From the NCBI GenBank assembly GCA_964558365.1, contig CAZLCC010000010.1:5361-69360 (forward strand): a stretch of DNA of 64,000 nucleotides, written 5' to 3'. The notes under the pieces are model-generated. The model ran no database searches. It was given only the letters and a program-made list of their open reading frames with translations, and had not been told where the DNA came from. This DNA comes from an uncultured Candidatus Saccharibacteria bacterium (GTDB lineage Bacteria > Patescibacteriota > Saccharimonadia > Saccharimonadales > Saccharimonadaceae). The position numbers and the translations under genes were made by a program. Numbering within the stretch: position 1 is the first letter of the stretch; each line of letters begins with the position of its first letter. Positions 47,972 to 57,730 of the stretch are shown one piece after another.

Positions 47972-48688
47972 ATGATTTCAAAGTTTTTAAGTGGTAAGCA
48001 AAGCGGTTTTACGATTATAGAACTGTTAGTTATTGTTGTCGTGATTGCGATTTTGGCTGGCATTGCAATTGTCGCGTATCCTGCATATCAAGAAAGAGCG
48101 AGAGACTCGAAAAGGAAGGCAGATTTGCATGCTATTGCGGATGCATATAAGGCAGCTTTGGCCGATGGGAATGCAGAGGGTGATTTGCCCAACCCTTTCT
48201 ACCCAAACTTTACGTTAAGTTCATTTGGAAATGGAGCGAATGTAAATGATGACCCGACTATTGCTGGAAATACTGCCGTCCCTAATAATGCTGGTGGCGT
48301 CCTTGGTGGGTTAGGCTATTTAACTGGCACACTGCAAGATCCAAAATGGACAGAATCACCCGACCCTGGCGCATATCACTCCTCTGGCCCAATAATCTAT
48401 TCGGGGTATATATTAATTAAGTGTTTAAACGATAAGGGCTACTACAGTCTTGCTCGACTTGAAACACCAAGTGCTGAAGATATTAGTCGCTATAATAATT
48501 TTATTAATGACGAGGTGAACACAATAGGCAGTAACGGTGCTAATCCTGGAAATACAAATTCTTGCTTCCATACAACACAGGGGGATAATCTTGCAGAATC
48601 TGCCAGTAGTGATGATAACTTTAGGGATTGGGTGCTGGAATTTTTTAGTGTAAACACTGATTACAATTATGTAATTTATATTAAATAG
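47972..48688 (+). CDS. type IV pilin
   Basis: Class III signal KQSG/FTIIELLVIVVVIAILAGIAIVAY with E at +5, plus a globular C-terminal domain with two Cys residues. Confidence 0.8.
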   Translation: MISKFLSGKQSGFTIIELLVIVVVIAILAGIAIVAYPAYQERARDSKRKADLHAIADAYKAALADGNAEGDLPNPFYPNFTLSSFGNGANVNDDPTIAGNTAVPNNAGGVLGGLGYLTGTLQDPKWTESPDPGAYHSSGPIIYSGYILIKCLNDKGYYSLARLETPSAEDISRYNNFINDEVNTIGSNGANPGNTNSCFHTTQGDNLAESASSDDNFRDWVLEFFSVNTDYNYVIYIK

Positions 48689-48691
48689 AAT

Positions 48692-50041
48692 ATGATAAAG
48701 CTAAAATCAAAATACATTTGTCAACAATGTGGGGCGGAGTTTTCAAAGTGGTCAGGTAAGTGCGATAATTGCGGTGCTTGGAACAGCTTATTAGAACAAA
48801 CTACCGAAACGAGCGGAAAATCTGCTGTTTCGCGTAGTCGGGGTAAAAAACTTAAAACAGCTAGCCTAAAAAATATAAAAACTGAGCTTGTGGGCAAGAG
48901 AATTAAAACAAGCTTTAGCGATCTTGACGATGTGCTGGGCGGCGGATTGATGCTAGGCGGAATATGTTTGATGGCCGGGCAGCCTGGCATCGGTAAAAGT
49001 ACGCTTCTTTTGCAAATTGCGGCATATGTGGCGAATCAAAAATCGGTCTTATATATTAGTGGCGAAGAGTCGGAAGGGCAAATTAAACTTCGTGCTGAGC
49101 GGCTAGGGGCAACGAGTGATGAAAAGCTAGAACTTGCTGCTTCAACAAGTGCTGATGATATTGCTACGACGATTAGGGCAGGAAAATATCAGTTGGTGAT
49201 TGTTGATTCTATGCAAACAATGACACTGGCTGAAATTGCCTCTGCGCCAGGGACGGTTAGTCAGATCACAAATTCTAGCAACGTTATTACACGTGCAGCA
49301 AAAGAGACTAACACGGCAGTGGTGCTCGTTGGGCATGTGACGAAAGAAGGAAGTATTGCCGGGCCAAAAGTGCTCGAGCATTTGGTTGACGTTGTATTGC
49401 AATTTGAGGGTGATAGATACGGTGGATTCAAAGTTGTAAGAGCAATTAAAAATCGCTATGGTGCAACAAGTGAAGCGGCGATCTTTGAGATGCTTGATAG
49501 CGGCTTGCAGTTAGTAAAAAACCCATCGGCTGCTTTACTTGCTGAGCGGCAAAATGCCGATGGATCTGTTGTACTCGCAACGCTGGAGGGTAGCCGACCT
49601 TTGCTTGTTGAGATTCAAGCACTTGTGAATCCAACGCATTTCGGCTATCCTAAACGCACGGCAAGCGGATTCGATCTTAATCGCCTTAATCTACTTGTTG
49701 CGGTGCTTGAAAAGCGCACAAAATTGAAATTATCAGATAAAGATATTTACGTAAATGTAGTTGGTGGCTTGAAGTTGCAAGACCCAGCTGCAGATTTAGC
49801 AGTATGTATGGCGATTGCATCTGCAGCTGCAGGAAGGCGCCTGGGCGATGAAGTTGTTGTGTTTGGTGAAGTTGGCTTGGGCGGCGAAATCCGCAGCGTA
49901 CATAGCGCTAGACGACGCATAGACGAAGCAAAGAAGCTTGGCTTTGGCTTTGCTATTGCACCCGGTACAAAACCAAAGCAATCTTTTATTCATGAAGTAA
50001 AAGATATGCGTCAAGCATTTATTAAATATCTCGAAAAATAA
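48692..50041 (+). CDS. radA: DNA repair protein RadA/Sms
   Basis: CxxC-x10-CxxC zinc finger, Walker A GQPGIGKST, KNRYG motif and a Lon-like C-terminal domain. Confidence 0.95.
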   Translation: MIKLKSKYICQQCGAEFSKWSGKCDNCGAWNSLLEQTTETSGKSAVSRSRGKKLKTASLKNIKTELVGKRIKTSFSDLDDVLGGGLMLGGICLMAGQPGIGKSTLLLQIAAYVANQKSVLYISGEESEGQIKLRAERLGATSDEKLELAASTSADDIATTIRAGKYQLVIVDSMQTMTLAEIASAPGTVSQITNSSNVITRAAKETNTAVVLVGHVTKEGSIAGPKVLEHLVDVVLQFEGDRYGGFKVVRAIKNRYGATSEAAIFEMLDSGLQLVKNPSAALLAERQNADGSVVLATLEGSRPLLVEIQALVNPTHFGYPKRTASGFDLNRLNLLVAVLEKRTKLKLSDKDIYVNVVGGLKLQDPAADLAVCMAIASAAAGRRLGDEVVVFGEVGLGGEIRSVHSARRRIDEAKKLGFGFAIAPGTKPKQSFIHEVKDMRQAFIKYLEK

Positions 50042-50055
50042 CAAAAGGAGAAAAT

Positions 50056-50844
50056 ATGGAATTATTTGAAGGGCTTGTTTTAGGCCTATTAATGGTGATT
50101 ATTATCGAAGTTACTTATGACCTTTTCCTTAAGGGGAAGATGAAAATGCAGCGAGGAGGCGGAAAACCTCTATTGGTTGATACATCTACTCTTATAGACG
50201 GAAGAGTTATAGAAGTGGCAAGAGCTGGTTTTTTGCCAGGAGTACTTATTGTGCCTCGAAGCGTAGTGGCAGAGCTTCAGCTTTTAGCAGATGGAGCCGA
50301 TCATGATAAGCGAGCAAGAGCGCGGCATGGGCTTGATGTTATTAAAGAGTTGCAACAAATGAAAGGGGTAACTCTTCAGGTGCTGCAAGACGGAAAGGCA
50401 AAACAAGGCGTTGATGAGCAGCTTCTTGCTCTTGCAAAGCAACACAGGGCATCTATTTTAACGCTTGATTTTAATCTTAATAAAGTGGCACAAGTTGAAG
50501 AGATTGAGGTGCTTAATATTAATGGACTTGCGCAATCGCTTCGCATGTCATACCTTCCTGGGGAGCGCCGAAAATTGCATCTTGTGCAGCGCGGTAATGA
50601 AGCTGATCAGGGGGTTGGCTATCTTGAAGACGGCACAATGGTTGTAGTTGAAAAAGCGAAAGGGCTTGTAGGGAAAGATGTAGAAGTTGAATTTACACGT
50701 AGTTTGCAAACACAAGCAGGCAAAATGATGTTTGCGAAGAATTTGCATGTTAAGAAACCTACTAAACCAAATTCATCTAAAAAATTTGAGAAAAAGCGGA
50801 AGCCAACAAAAGAAGATTCATTGGTAGAGTTAGCCAACCGCTAG
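50056..50844 (+). CDS. PIN and TRAM domain protein (YacL-like)
   Basis: TM helix, PIN domain (LLVDTSTLIDGR..., LTLDFNLNK) and a C-terminal TRAM-like beta domain. Adjacent to radA, as in Firmicutes. Confidence 0.8.
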   Translation: MELFEGLVLGLLMVIIIEVTYDLFLKGKMKMQRGGGKPLLVDTSTLIDGRVIEVARAGFLPGVLIVPRSVVAELQLLADGADHDKRARARHGLDVIKELQQMKGVTLQVLQDGKAKQGVDEQLLALAKQHRASILTLDFNLNKVAQVEEIEVLNINGLAQSLRMSYLPGERRKLHLVQRGNEADQGVGYLEDGTMVVVEKAKGLVGKDVEVEFTRSLQTQAGKMMFAKNLHVKKPTKPNSSKKFEKKRKPTKEDSLVELANR

Positions 50845-50860
50845 TATTTACCCCTAGCCT

Positions 50861-53575
50861 CTAGGGTGTAGGGAGGGTTGGACCGTCACCATCATCATCG
50901 TTACCCTGGTTTGGCGCTGCTGAGATAGAAACTGTTCTTGAGCCGCTACCTTCATATAACGCATTGTCTTTAACGTTTGCGCTAATTGATATGGTGCCAC
51001 CACCAGCGCTACAAGGTGCGTTGACTGTAATGGTTCCAGCTCCGCCTCTATTAGCTACAACGCCGCCGTTAACGCTTACCGTTGCAGAGGTAACGGGGTG
51101 TGTTCCTTGATTCACCTGAACAGTTACGCGGCATGTAGTTGGGTTGATGCGCGAAGCAGAGATATTGGAAACAAATGGCTTGACGTCATTACATTTGTGA
51201 ACATCATCTTCAGCGGTTGCATCGTAGCCGTCAGACGCCATGATGACAGTCTTGCGCGAAACTGGGTCACGAATCTTTTGAACAACGATATCGATTCTTG
51301 CTGGCGCAGGGGTACAATTAGTTGCTCTCTTCTTAGAGACTCTATCAAATGTCATCTTTGTGCCAGTTTGAGCTTGAGATTTGTTATACCAAGAAGGGAA
51401 AATATCGGTTCGACCGCTTACAGTCAGCGTTTGAATACCACTTGGGCGCTTAAACCAGTCGCCAGGCTTCCAGCTACCTTCTTTTTCAAAGATCTCGGTA
51501 TGGATTGGCCCCATAATCTTATTGACTGTTGGACCAACAATGCTTGAAAGGGCGTTGCTCATTGGCGTGGTGTCGTGGTTACCAACCCAAATGCTGAGTG
51601 CTGCTTTTGGCGTGTAACTATTCATCCATAAGTCTTTTGAGAAGTTACCTAAGTTAGAAGTACCAGTTTTGGTTGCTGTTTTTACACCTGGAACGTTAAG
51701 ACCAGAAGCGCCCGCGCCAAATGAAGGTGATCGCGCGCTGTCGTCGCTAAGAATATCACTAAGCATGTATGGAATTTGCGGATCAAGCACTTGCTTGCCT
51801 TCATCCTTCCATTTTTTGATCGTATCACCTTGTGCATTCTTTACCTCAAGAACACTTGAAACAGGCTTATAAACTCCCATACGAGCGAATGTGGCGAACG
51901 CGTTGGCATGTTCGATCTGTTTCAATCCACAACCACCGATTGAAGCGGCAAGTCCAACCTGTTTATCAACACCCTGGGTACAGTAGCTTTTGTCGCCAGT
52001 ATCATGAATAGTCTGCAAAGTTGCATCTCGACCAGTAATATACATAGCTTTTACAGCCGGAATGTTTCGAGATTCAGCGAGAGCACTACGAATAGTCATA
52101 CTGCCTTTGAATCTATTGTCAAAGTTGTTAAGTTCAGCGCCATAAATATTATTTATTGGCTCGTCGGCTAATATCGACCCGGCACCATAGTTTGGTTGTC
52201 CGGCTGGTTTTTCTTTAAATAGAGAAGCGTACACAAAAGGTTTAATACTTGAACCTGGCTGAATGAATGAGTTTGCAGCGTTGTCTTGACCGTAGCCAGG
52301 GTATTCATAGGAACGGCTGCCTTGCATGCCAAGTATTTGCCCGGTTGGCACGTCAACAACAGTTGCTGCGCCGTTATCAAAGTTAGCCGAAGCTGGCAGA
52401 TAAGAATCAAACAATTCTTTCATAGATTGCTCAATCTTTTCTTGAACGCGCCAATCAAGTGTTGTTTTTACTGTTAATCCACCGCGGCCAACTGTTGCTT
52501 TGCCGAGTTGGCTTTCAAGGTCACTTCTTACCATTTGCACGAAATGAGGTGCGCGAATATTCTTAAACTGGTCAGACTCTGGCTTGACAGTATCTAGAAT
52601 GGCGACCTTTTTATTTTTCTCACCTTCTTCTTTAGTAATATATCCTTGCTCAACCATATTATCTATAACTCTATGTTGGCGAGCTATGAGCGCTTTATGA
52701 CCAGCAGGGTTATAGGGGTCATACAATCCTGGCTGCTGAGGGATGCTTGCGAGTAATGCGGCTTCAGCGACGCTAAGGTCTTTAGCATGTTTTCCAAAAT
52801 ATGTTTGTGCTCCAGATTCAACACCATTGCGACGACCACCGTATGGCGATTCGTTTAGGTAAAGTGTTAGAATCTGGTTTTTGTCATACATGCGCTCAAC
52901 TTCAACCGCAAGAATTGCTTCTTTTATTTTTCGAGGAACGCCTCCAAGCCCACGCTGACTGGCTTCATCAGAGAAGAAAACTTGCTTAACAAGCTGTTGC
53001 GTAAGGGTAGAGCCACCCTGCGTACCACCACCGCCAAAGTTATTAATAAATGCACGCGTAATGCCAGTGAAGCTAACGCCGCCGTGTTTATAAAAGTCTT
53101 TATCTTCAATAGCGATCGTTGCCTGCTTCATTGGCTCGGCGATTTCTTTTTCTTTTACTACGAGTTTATAATTGCCATCGCCCTTATCTTCCCATAGCAA
53201 GACATTATTGCGGTCATAATATTTTGTAACAGTTGTCTGCACGCGTTTACTGAGTTCTCCTGGGCGAATTGCATCGAGTTCTCGTCTGAAATAAGCAAAA
53301 AGGGCGCCAAAAACAAGCACCATGAATAAGATGGCCACACCACCGATTTTAAGTGCCATAATGCCGCCTTCACGGCTAAACCAATAGGCGAAGAACCGTC
53401 GAGGGTGCATTCGGTGCAAAGCACGTTTTACGGGGTGCTTTGGAAGAGTCGCAAGATATTCGGCCTTACGACGAGTGCGCATATCTTTCTTGGCACGTCG
53501 ACGAGAAGTAAGATTAGAATAAACGCCTAGGCTACGTCGGGCACCTTTTCTAGATGAACGCCTCTTTTTTATCAC
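50861..53575 (-). CDS. class A penicillin-binding protein (PBP1A-type transglycosylase/transpeptidase)
   Basis: GT51 motifs EDKDFYKHGG, GGSTLTQQ and RKIKEA. Transpeptidase motifs SSIKP, SRN and KTGT. Has a ~200-aa C-terminal extension. Confidence 0.9.
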   Translation of the reverse strand: MIKKRRSSRKGARRSLGVYSNLTSRRRAKKDMRTRRKAEYLATLPKHPVKRALHRMHPRRFFAYWFSREGGIMALKIGGVAILFMVLVFGALFAYFRRELDAIRPGELSKRVQTTVTKYYDRNNVLLWEDKGDGNYKLVVKEKEIAEPMKQATIAIEDKDFYKHGGVSFTGITRAFINNFGGGGTQGGSTLTQQLVKQVFFSDEASQRGLGGVPRKIKEAILAVEVERMYDKNQILTLYLNESPYGGRRNGVESGAQTYFGKHAKDLSVAEAALLASIPQQPGLYDPYNPAGHKALIARQHRVIDNMVEQGYITKEEGEKNKKVAILDTVKPESDQFKNIRAPHFVQMVRSDLESQLGKATVGRGGLTVKTTLDWRVQEKIEQSMKELFDSYLPASANFDNGAATVVDVPTGQILGMQGSRSYEYPGYGQDNAANSFIQPGSSIKPFVYASLFKEKPAGQPNYGAGSILADEPINNIYGAELNNFDNRFKGSMTIRSALAESRNIPAVKAMYITGRDATLQTIHDTGDKSYCTQGVDKQVGLAASIGGCGLKQIEHANAFATFARMGVYKPVSSVLEVKNAQGDTIKKWKDEGKQVLDPQIPYMLSDILSDDSARSPSFGAGASGLNVPGVKTATKTGTSNLGNFSKDLWMNSYTPKAALSIWVGNHDTTPMSNALSSIVGPTVNKIMGPIHTEIFEKEGSWKPGDWFKRPSGIQTLTVSGRTDIFPSWYNKSQAQTGTKMTFDRVSKKRATNCTPAPARIDIVVQKIRDPVSRKTVIMASDGYDATAEDDVHKCNDVKPFVSNISASRINPTTCRVTVQVNQGTHPVTSATVSVNGGVVANRGGAGTITVNAPCSAGGGTISISANVKDNALYEGSGSRTVSISAAPNQGNDDDGDGPTLPTP

Positions 53576-53670
53576 TGTATATAACTCCTTAAAATTTAAA
53601 ATCTACGCACTTCATTATAGCATTACCAGTGTTTGTCACAAATAGATTTTATCGCTACAATACAAAACAT

Positions 53671-54906
53671 ATGAAACTATCTGAAGAACTAAAGTGGCGC
53701 GGGTTTATTAACCAAACAACGCTGAAAGACATTACGGCTCTAGATGAGAAAAAGTGGGTGTGTTATCACGGGTTTGATGCTTCTGCAGATTCGCAAACAA
53801 TCGGTAATTTAGCAGCAATGATGCTCGACAAAACATTTGCTCGTCATGGCCACAAGATAATCTTGCTTGCGGGTGGCGCAACAAGCTTAATCGGCGATCC
53901 GGGTGGAAAAGACAGCGAGCGTCCTTTGCAATCTGAAGATGTAATCACGAAAAACGTAAGCAATGCCGAAAAGCAATTGAGTAAAGTGTTTAAAGATAAT
54001 GATTTCACACTTGTTAATAATCTTGATTGGCTTAAAGATATGAAATTGATCGATTTCTTACGAGACACGGGTAAGCACTTTGGTATGAGCACGCTTGTGC
54101 AGCGTGATTACATCGCGCAGCGGATTGGCAAAGATGGCGCTGGCATTAGCTTTACAGAGTTTAGTTATACACTCTTGCAAGGCTACGACTTTCTTTATCT
54201 AAATGAAAAGTATGGAGTGAATTTGCAACTTGCAGGTTCTGACCAGTGGGGAAATGCGCTTTCTGGAATTGATCTTGTGCGCAAAGTGCGCGGCGAAGAG
54301 GTGCACGCTATAACCTTGCCACTTATTATTAATAAAGCAACCGGCAAAAAATTTGGTAAATCTGAAGACGGCGCGGTGTGGTTAGATGAAAATAAAACCA
54401 GTGTGTATCAGTTCTATCAGTTCTGGTTAAATGTAGATGACGCCGGTGTCGGCGATTATCTTAAGGTATATACCGACATAATGCCAGAAGAATATGATCA
54501 GCTCATGCAAGAATTTAAAGAAAATCCGGCAGGACGCGCGGCGCAGAAAAAGCTAGCATATGAAGTGACAAAATTAGTTCACGGTGAAGACCGAGCAAAA
54601 AGTGCGCTAGCAGTAACAGATGTATTGTTTGGTGGTAAGCAAGTTAATGAGCTTGAAAAAAATGATGTTGCGATGCTAGCAAAAGAAATTCCAGCCACTG
54701 CCTTAGGAAAACAGCTAATCAATATTTTGGTAGAAACCAATTTAGCATCAAGTAAAGGCGAGGCGCGCCGGTTTATTGAAGCAAACGCAGTGAGCATTAA
54801 TGGTGAAAAAGCAAAAGAAGACACAACTATTGAACAAATAGCACTAGTTAAAAAAGGCAAAAATAGTTTTGCTTTGGTGTGCGATGAATCTCTCTACTCC
54901 TCTTGA
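53671..54906 (+). CDS. tyrS: tyrosine--tRNA ligase
   Basis: YHGFDASADS...GGATSLIGDPGGK, KFGKS (KMSKS) and a C-terminal S4 domain. Start set at the ATG at 53671, 9 nt after TACAAT. The HIGH position reads TIGN. Confidence 0.9.
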   Translation: MKLSEELKWRGFINQTTLKDITALDEKKWVCYHGFDASADSQTIGNLAAMMLDKTFARHGHKIILLAGGATSLIGDPGGKDSERPLQSEDVITKNVSNAEKQLSKVFKDNDFTLVNNLDWLKDMKLIDFLRDTGKHFGMSTLVQRDYIAQRIGKDGAGISFTEFSYTLLQGYDFLYLNEKYGVNLQLAGSDQWGNALSGIDLVRKVRGEEVHAITLPLIINKATGKKFGKSEDGAVWLDENKTSVYQFYQFWLNVDDAGVGDYLKVYTDIMPEEYDQLMQEFKENPAGRAAQKKLAYEVTKLVHGEDRAKSALAVTDVLFGGKQVNELEKNDVAMLAKEIPATALGKQLINILVETNLASSKGEARRFIEANAVSINGEKAKEDTTIEQIALVKKGKNSFALVCDESLYSS

Positions 54907-56914
54907 AAATATAAAAGGTGTGGGCAAAAAAACCGCTGAGCTTTTTCAGGCAGCGAATCTTTTAACGGTTGAAGACCTTATTTATTTTTTGCCAAGAAAA
55001 TATGAGGATTATTCTGAAATAACGGCAATTAAAGATATAAAACCTGGCAAAGTAACGATTAAGGCAAAGCTAGAGGATATCAGAACTCGACGAGTTCGTA
55101 GAAGCCTGCATATTACTGAGGCAGTTGCGGTTGACGAAAGCGGAAAAGTGGCGGTTGTGTGGTTTAACCAATCATATAGGGCAAAACAAATTCAGCAAAA
55201 TGAAACATTTTATCTTTCGGGTGAATTTGCTTTTCAAAATAAAAAATATCAGATAGTGAACCCCGGAACAGAAAAAGTCAGCGAAGTACAGGTACAAACT
55301 GGCCGCATATTACCAATTTATAAAGAAATTAAAGGGCTAAAATCGCACATTCTTAGAAAAATTCTTAATGAAATTCGGCCAGTTATTACAATGCTTCCCG
55401 AAACAATGCCGGAACAAATTGTTCAAGAAAACAAGCTTTGCTCGCGGGCAGATTCGCTTTCAGGGCTTCATTTTCCAGAAAGCGCTCAGCAATTAGAAAA
55501 AGCTAAAAAACGATTTGCGTTTGAAGAGTTATTTGCCTTAACACTTGCCAGCGCATATAACAAACAAGAAAACGCAAAACTCAAGAGTTGGCATGTTGCC
55601 TTTCATGAAGCCGATGCAAAAGCATTTGCGGCTAGTCTTCCTTTTAAATTAACAAATGCACAGCGAAAAGCAGTATGGAAAATAATTAACGATTTTCAAG
55701 AGTCTGCGCCAATGAATCGATTGCTTCAGGGCGATGTTGGCTCAGGAAAAACAGTTGTTGCAGGAATGGCAGCGGTGATGGCAGTGAGACAAGGCTATCA
55801 AGCTGCAATTATGGCCCCGACAGAAATTTTAGCAACGCAGCATGCTGAAACGCTAAAGCAATTGCTTGAACCGTTTGATATTAATGTTGCTTTACTCACT
55901 GGTGCAACGCCTAAAAAAGCAAAAGAAGAACTGTATAAACATATTAAAACTGGGCAGGCGCAAATTATTGTTGGTACTCATGCGCTTATTCAAGATGCCG
56001 TTTCGTTCCATAAGTTAGGGTTTGTAGTTATTGACGAACAGCATAGGTTTGGAGTTAAACAGCGTCAACAACTGCTTCATAAAAGTCAGCGAATGCCACA
56101 TGTGCTTACCATGACGGCAACGCCAATTCCTCGCTCGCTCGCCCTCACTGTTTATGGAGATTTGGCGATTTCAATTTTAGATGAAAAGCCAAAAGGGCGT
56201 ACGCCAATTAAAACAAAAATTTGGTCACCAAATAGTCGCGCTAGTTTATATGTGCCAATTGATGAAGAGATTAAGCAGGGTCGGCAAGTGTATGTTGTAT
56301 GTCCGCTTATTGATGAGAATCCTGATAATGAGTTCCGCAGCGTTGAAGCAGAATATAAGCGCCTGCAAGGATCTGTGTTTAAGCATCGACGCATTGGCCT
56401 GCTGCACGGTCAGCTAAAGCCAGAAGAAAAAGAAAAAGTTATGCAGCAATTTAGCGATGGTGAGCTCGATATTTTAGTGAGCACTACGGTGATTGAAGTT
56501 GGTGTGGATGTTCCTAATGCAACGGTAATGTTGATTGAGGGCGCCGATAAATTTGGGCTTGCGCAGCTTCACCAATTACGCGGTCGCGTGGGTCGTTCAA
56601 CGCACCAAAGCTATTGTTATTTAGTGCCAAGCACGAGCGCCGCACCGAGTAAGCGTCTAAGAGAGCTTGAAAGAAGCAACGACGGGTTTTATCTTGCTGA
56701 GGTTGATCTTGAGCTTCGTGGACCGGGAGAGATTTATGGCAAGGCGCAGCATGGGCAGCTAAATCTAAAAATAGCAACGTTAGCTGATACGAAGCTACTT
56801 GCTAGCGCAAAAGAGACGGCCGAGCAATTTATTAAAAAGAAGTATGATCTGCTACAATACAAGAGATTAAAAACGCAAGTGGAACAATACCAGCGCATTA
56901 CAACGCTAAACTAA
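54884..56914 (+). CDS. recG: ATP-dependent DNA helicase RecG
   Basis: Wedge OB domain, GDVGSGKT Walker A, DEQH box and a TRG-like motif. Overlaps the tyrS 3' end. Confidence 0.9.
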   Translation: MNLSTPLENIKGVGKKTAELFQAANLLTVEDLIYFLPRKYEDYSEITAIKDIKPGKVTIKAKLEDIRTRRVRRSLHITEAVAVDESGKVAVVWFNQSYRAKQIQQNETFYLSGEFAFQNKKYQIVNPGTEKVSEVQVQTGRILPIYKEIKGLKSHILRKILNEIRPVITMLPETMPEQIVQENKLCSRADSLSGLHFPESAQQLEKAKKRFAFEELFALTLASAYNKQENAKLKSWHVAFHEADAKAFAASLPFKLTNAQRKAVWKIINDFQESAPMNRLLQGDVGSGKTVVAGMAAVMAVRQGYQAAIMAPTEILATQHAETLKQLLEPFDINVALLTGATPKKAKEELYKHIKTGQAQIIVGTHALIQDAVSFHKLGFVVIDEQHRFGVKQRQQLLHKSQRMPHVLTMTATPIPRSLALTVYGDLAISILDEKPKGRTPIKTKIWSPNSRASLYVPIDEEIKQGRQVYVVCPLIDENPDNEFRSVEAEYKRLQGSVFKHRRIGLLHGQLKPEEKEKVMQQFSDGELDILVSTTVIEVGVDVPNATVMLIEGADKFGLAQLHQLRGRVGRSTHQSYCYLVPSTSAAPSKRLRELERSNDGFYLAEVDLELRGPGEIYGKAQHGQLNLKIATLADTKLLASAKETAEQFIKKKYDLLQYKRLKTQVEQYQRITTLN

Positions 56915-56920
56915 ACAAAT

Positions 56921-57730
56921 ATGTATTCTGGAACAACAATTCATCACGGGTCAGGTCGCCTTATGGGCGTTCATCAGCGTATTGATAGAGTTGCCCGACG
57001 ACAACTGCGCCCATTATTACCTGAGCACGTCTATTTCCCAAAAGCAAAGCAAATTTTACGTTTTGAAGGCGTCAATGGCCCAGACGCAATTAAAAGAAAA
57101 AGCCCAGCGCGCGATGAGCCATGGCACTATCTCGATCCCTCTGACGCAAACGATACGCTACTTTATGAAATGATTCAAGATCATCAAAAGAATCTCACGC
57201 AAGCATTGAAAGACGGTAACGAAGAAAGAGCAGCGTTCGAGGCTGCCTGGATGGCGCATGCTATTGTTGATGGTCTGACGCCAGCACACCACTATCCTTT
57301 AGAAGGAAAGCTAACTGAGCTTCGTGGTGAAGGAATCGAAACTCGCACGAGCTATAAAGAGAAGATTTTAATGCCAGGCATGTCAAAGCGACAAAGGTTA
57401 AAAAATAACTGGGAATTTTGGGGCGCTAAAGGAGTCATGACGACACATGTTCTTTTTGAGCTTGGCGTCGCCACCACAACCGTTCGCATGAAATCGATTA
57501 ACAGTGTTCCCTTAAAACGAGACTTGGCACAGTTGCAAGAAGAAGGATTTATGGCGATGTTGCAAGATTCTGTGCAGCATATTTACGAGCTTAATATGTA
57601 CGAAACGTTTCAAAAGAAAGGTTGGACGCCAAAGCTAGCACGCCAAACACGCGAGATACTTATTCCTCGTATTACTAAGATGGTTGTCTTAGCGTGGTAT
57701 GAGTGCGCTCGAAAGGCATATCACTCATGA
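56921..57730 (+). CDS. hypothetical protein, possible zinc-dependent phospholipase C / S1-P1 nuclease-like fold
   Basis: EPWHYLDP and AAWMAHAIVDGLTPAHH resemble the H-x-D and HxxxDxxxPxH metal-ligand motifs of that fold. This is a weak motif-level call. Confidence 0.45.
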   Translation: MYSGTTIHHGSGRLMGVHQRIDRVARRQLRPLLPEHVYFPKAKQILRFEGVNGPDAIKRKSPARDEPWHYLDPSDANDTLLYEMIQDHQKNLTQALKDGNEERAAFEAAWMAHAIVDGLTPAHHYPLEGKLTELRGEGIETRTSYKEKILMPGMSKRQRLKNNWEFWGAKGVMTTHVLFELGVATTTVRMKSINSVPLKRDLAQLQEEGFMAMLQDSVQHIYELNMYETFQKKGWTPKLARQTREILIPRITKMVVLAWYECARKAYHS

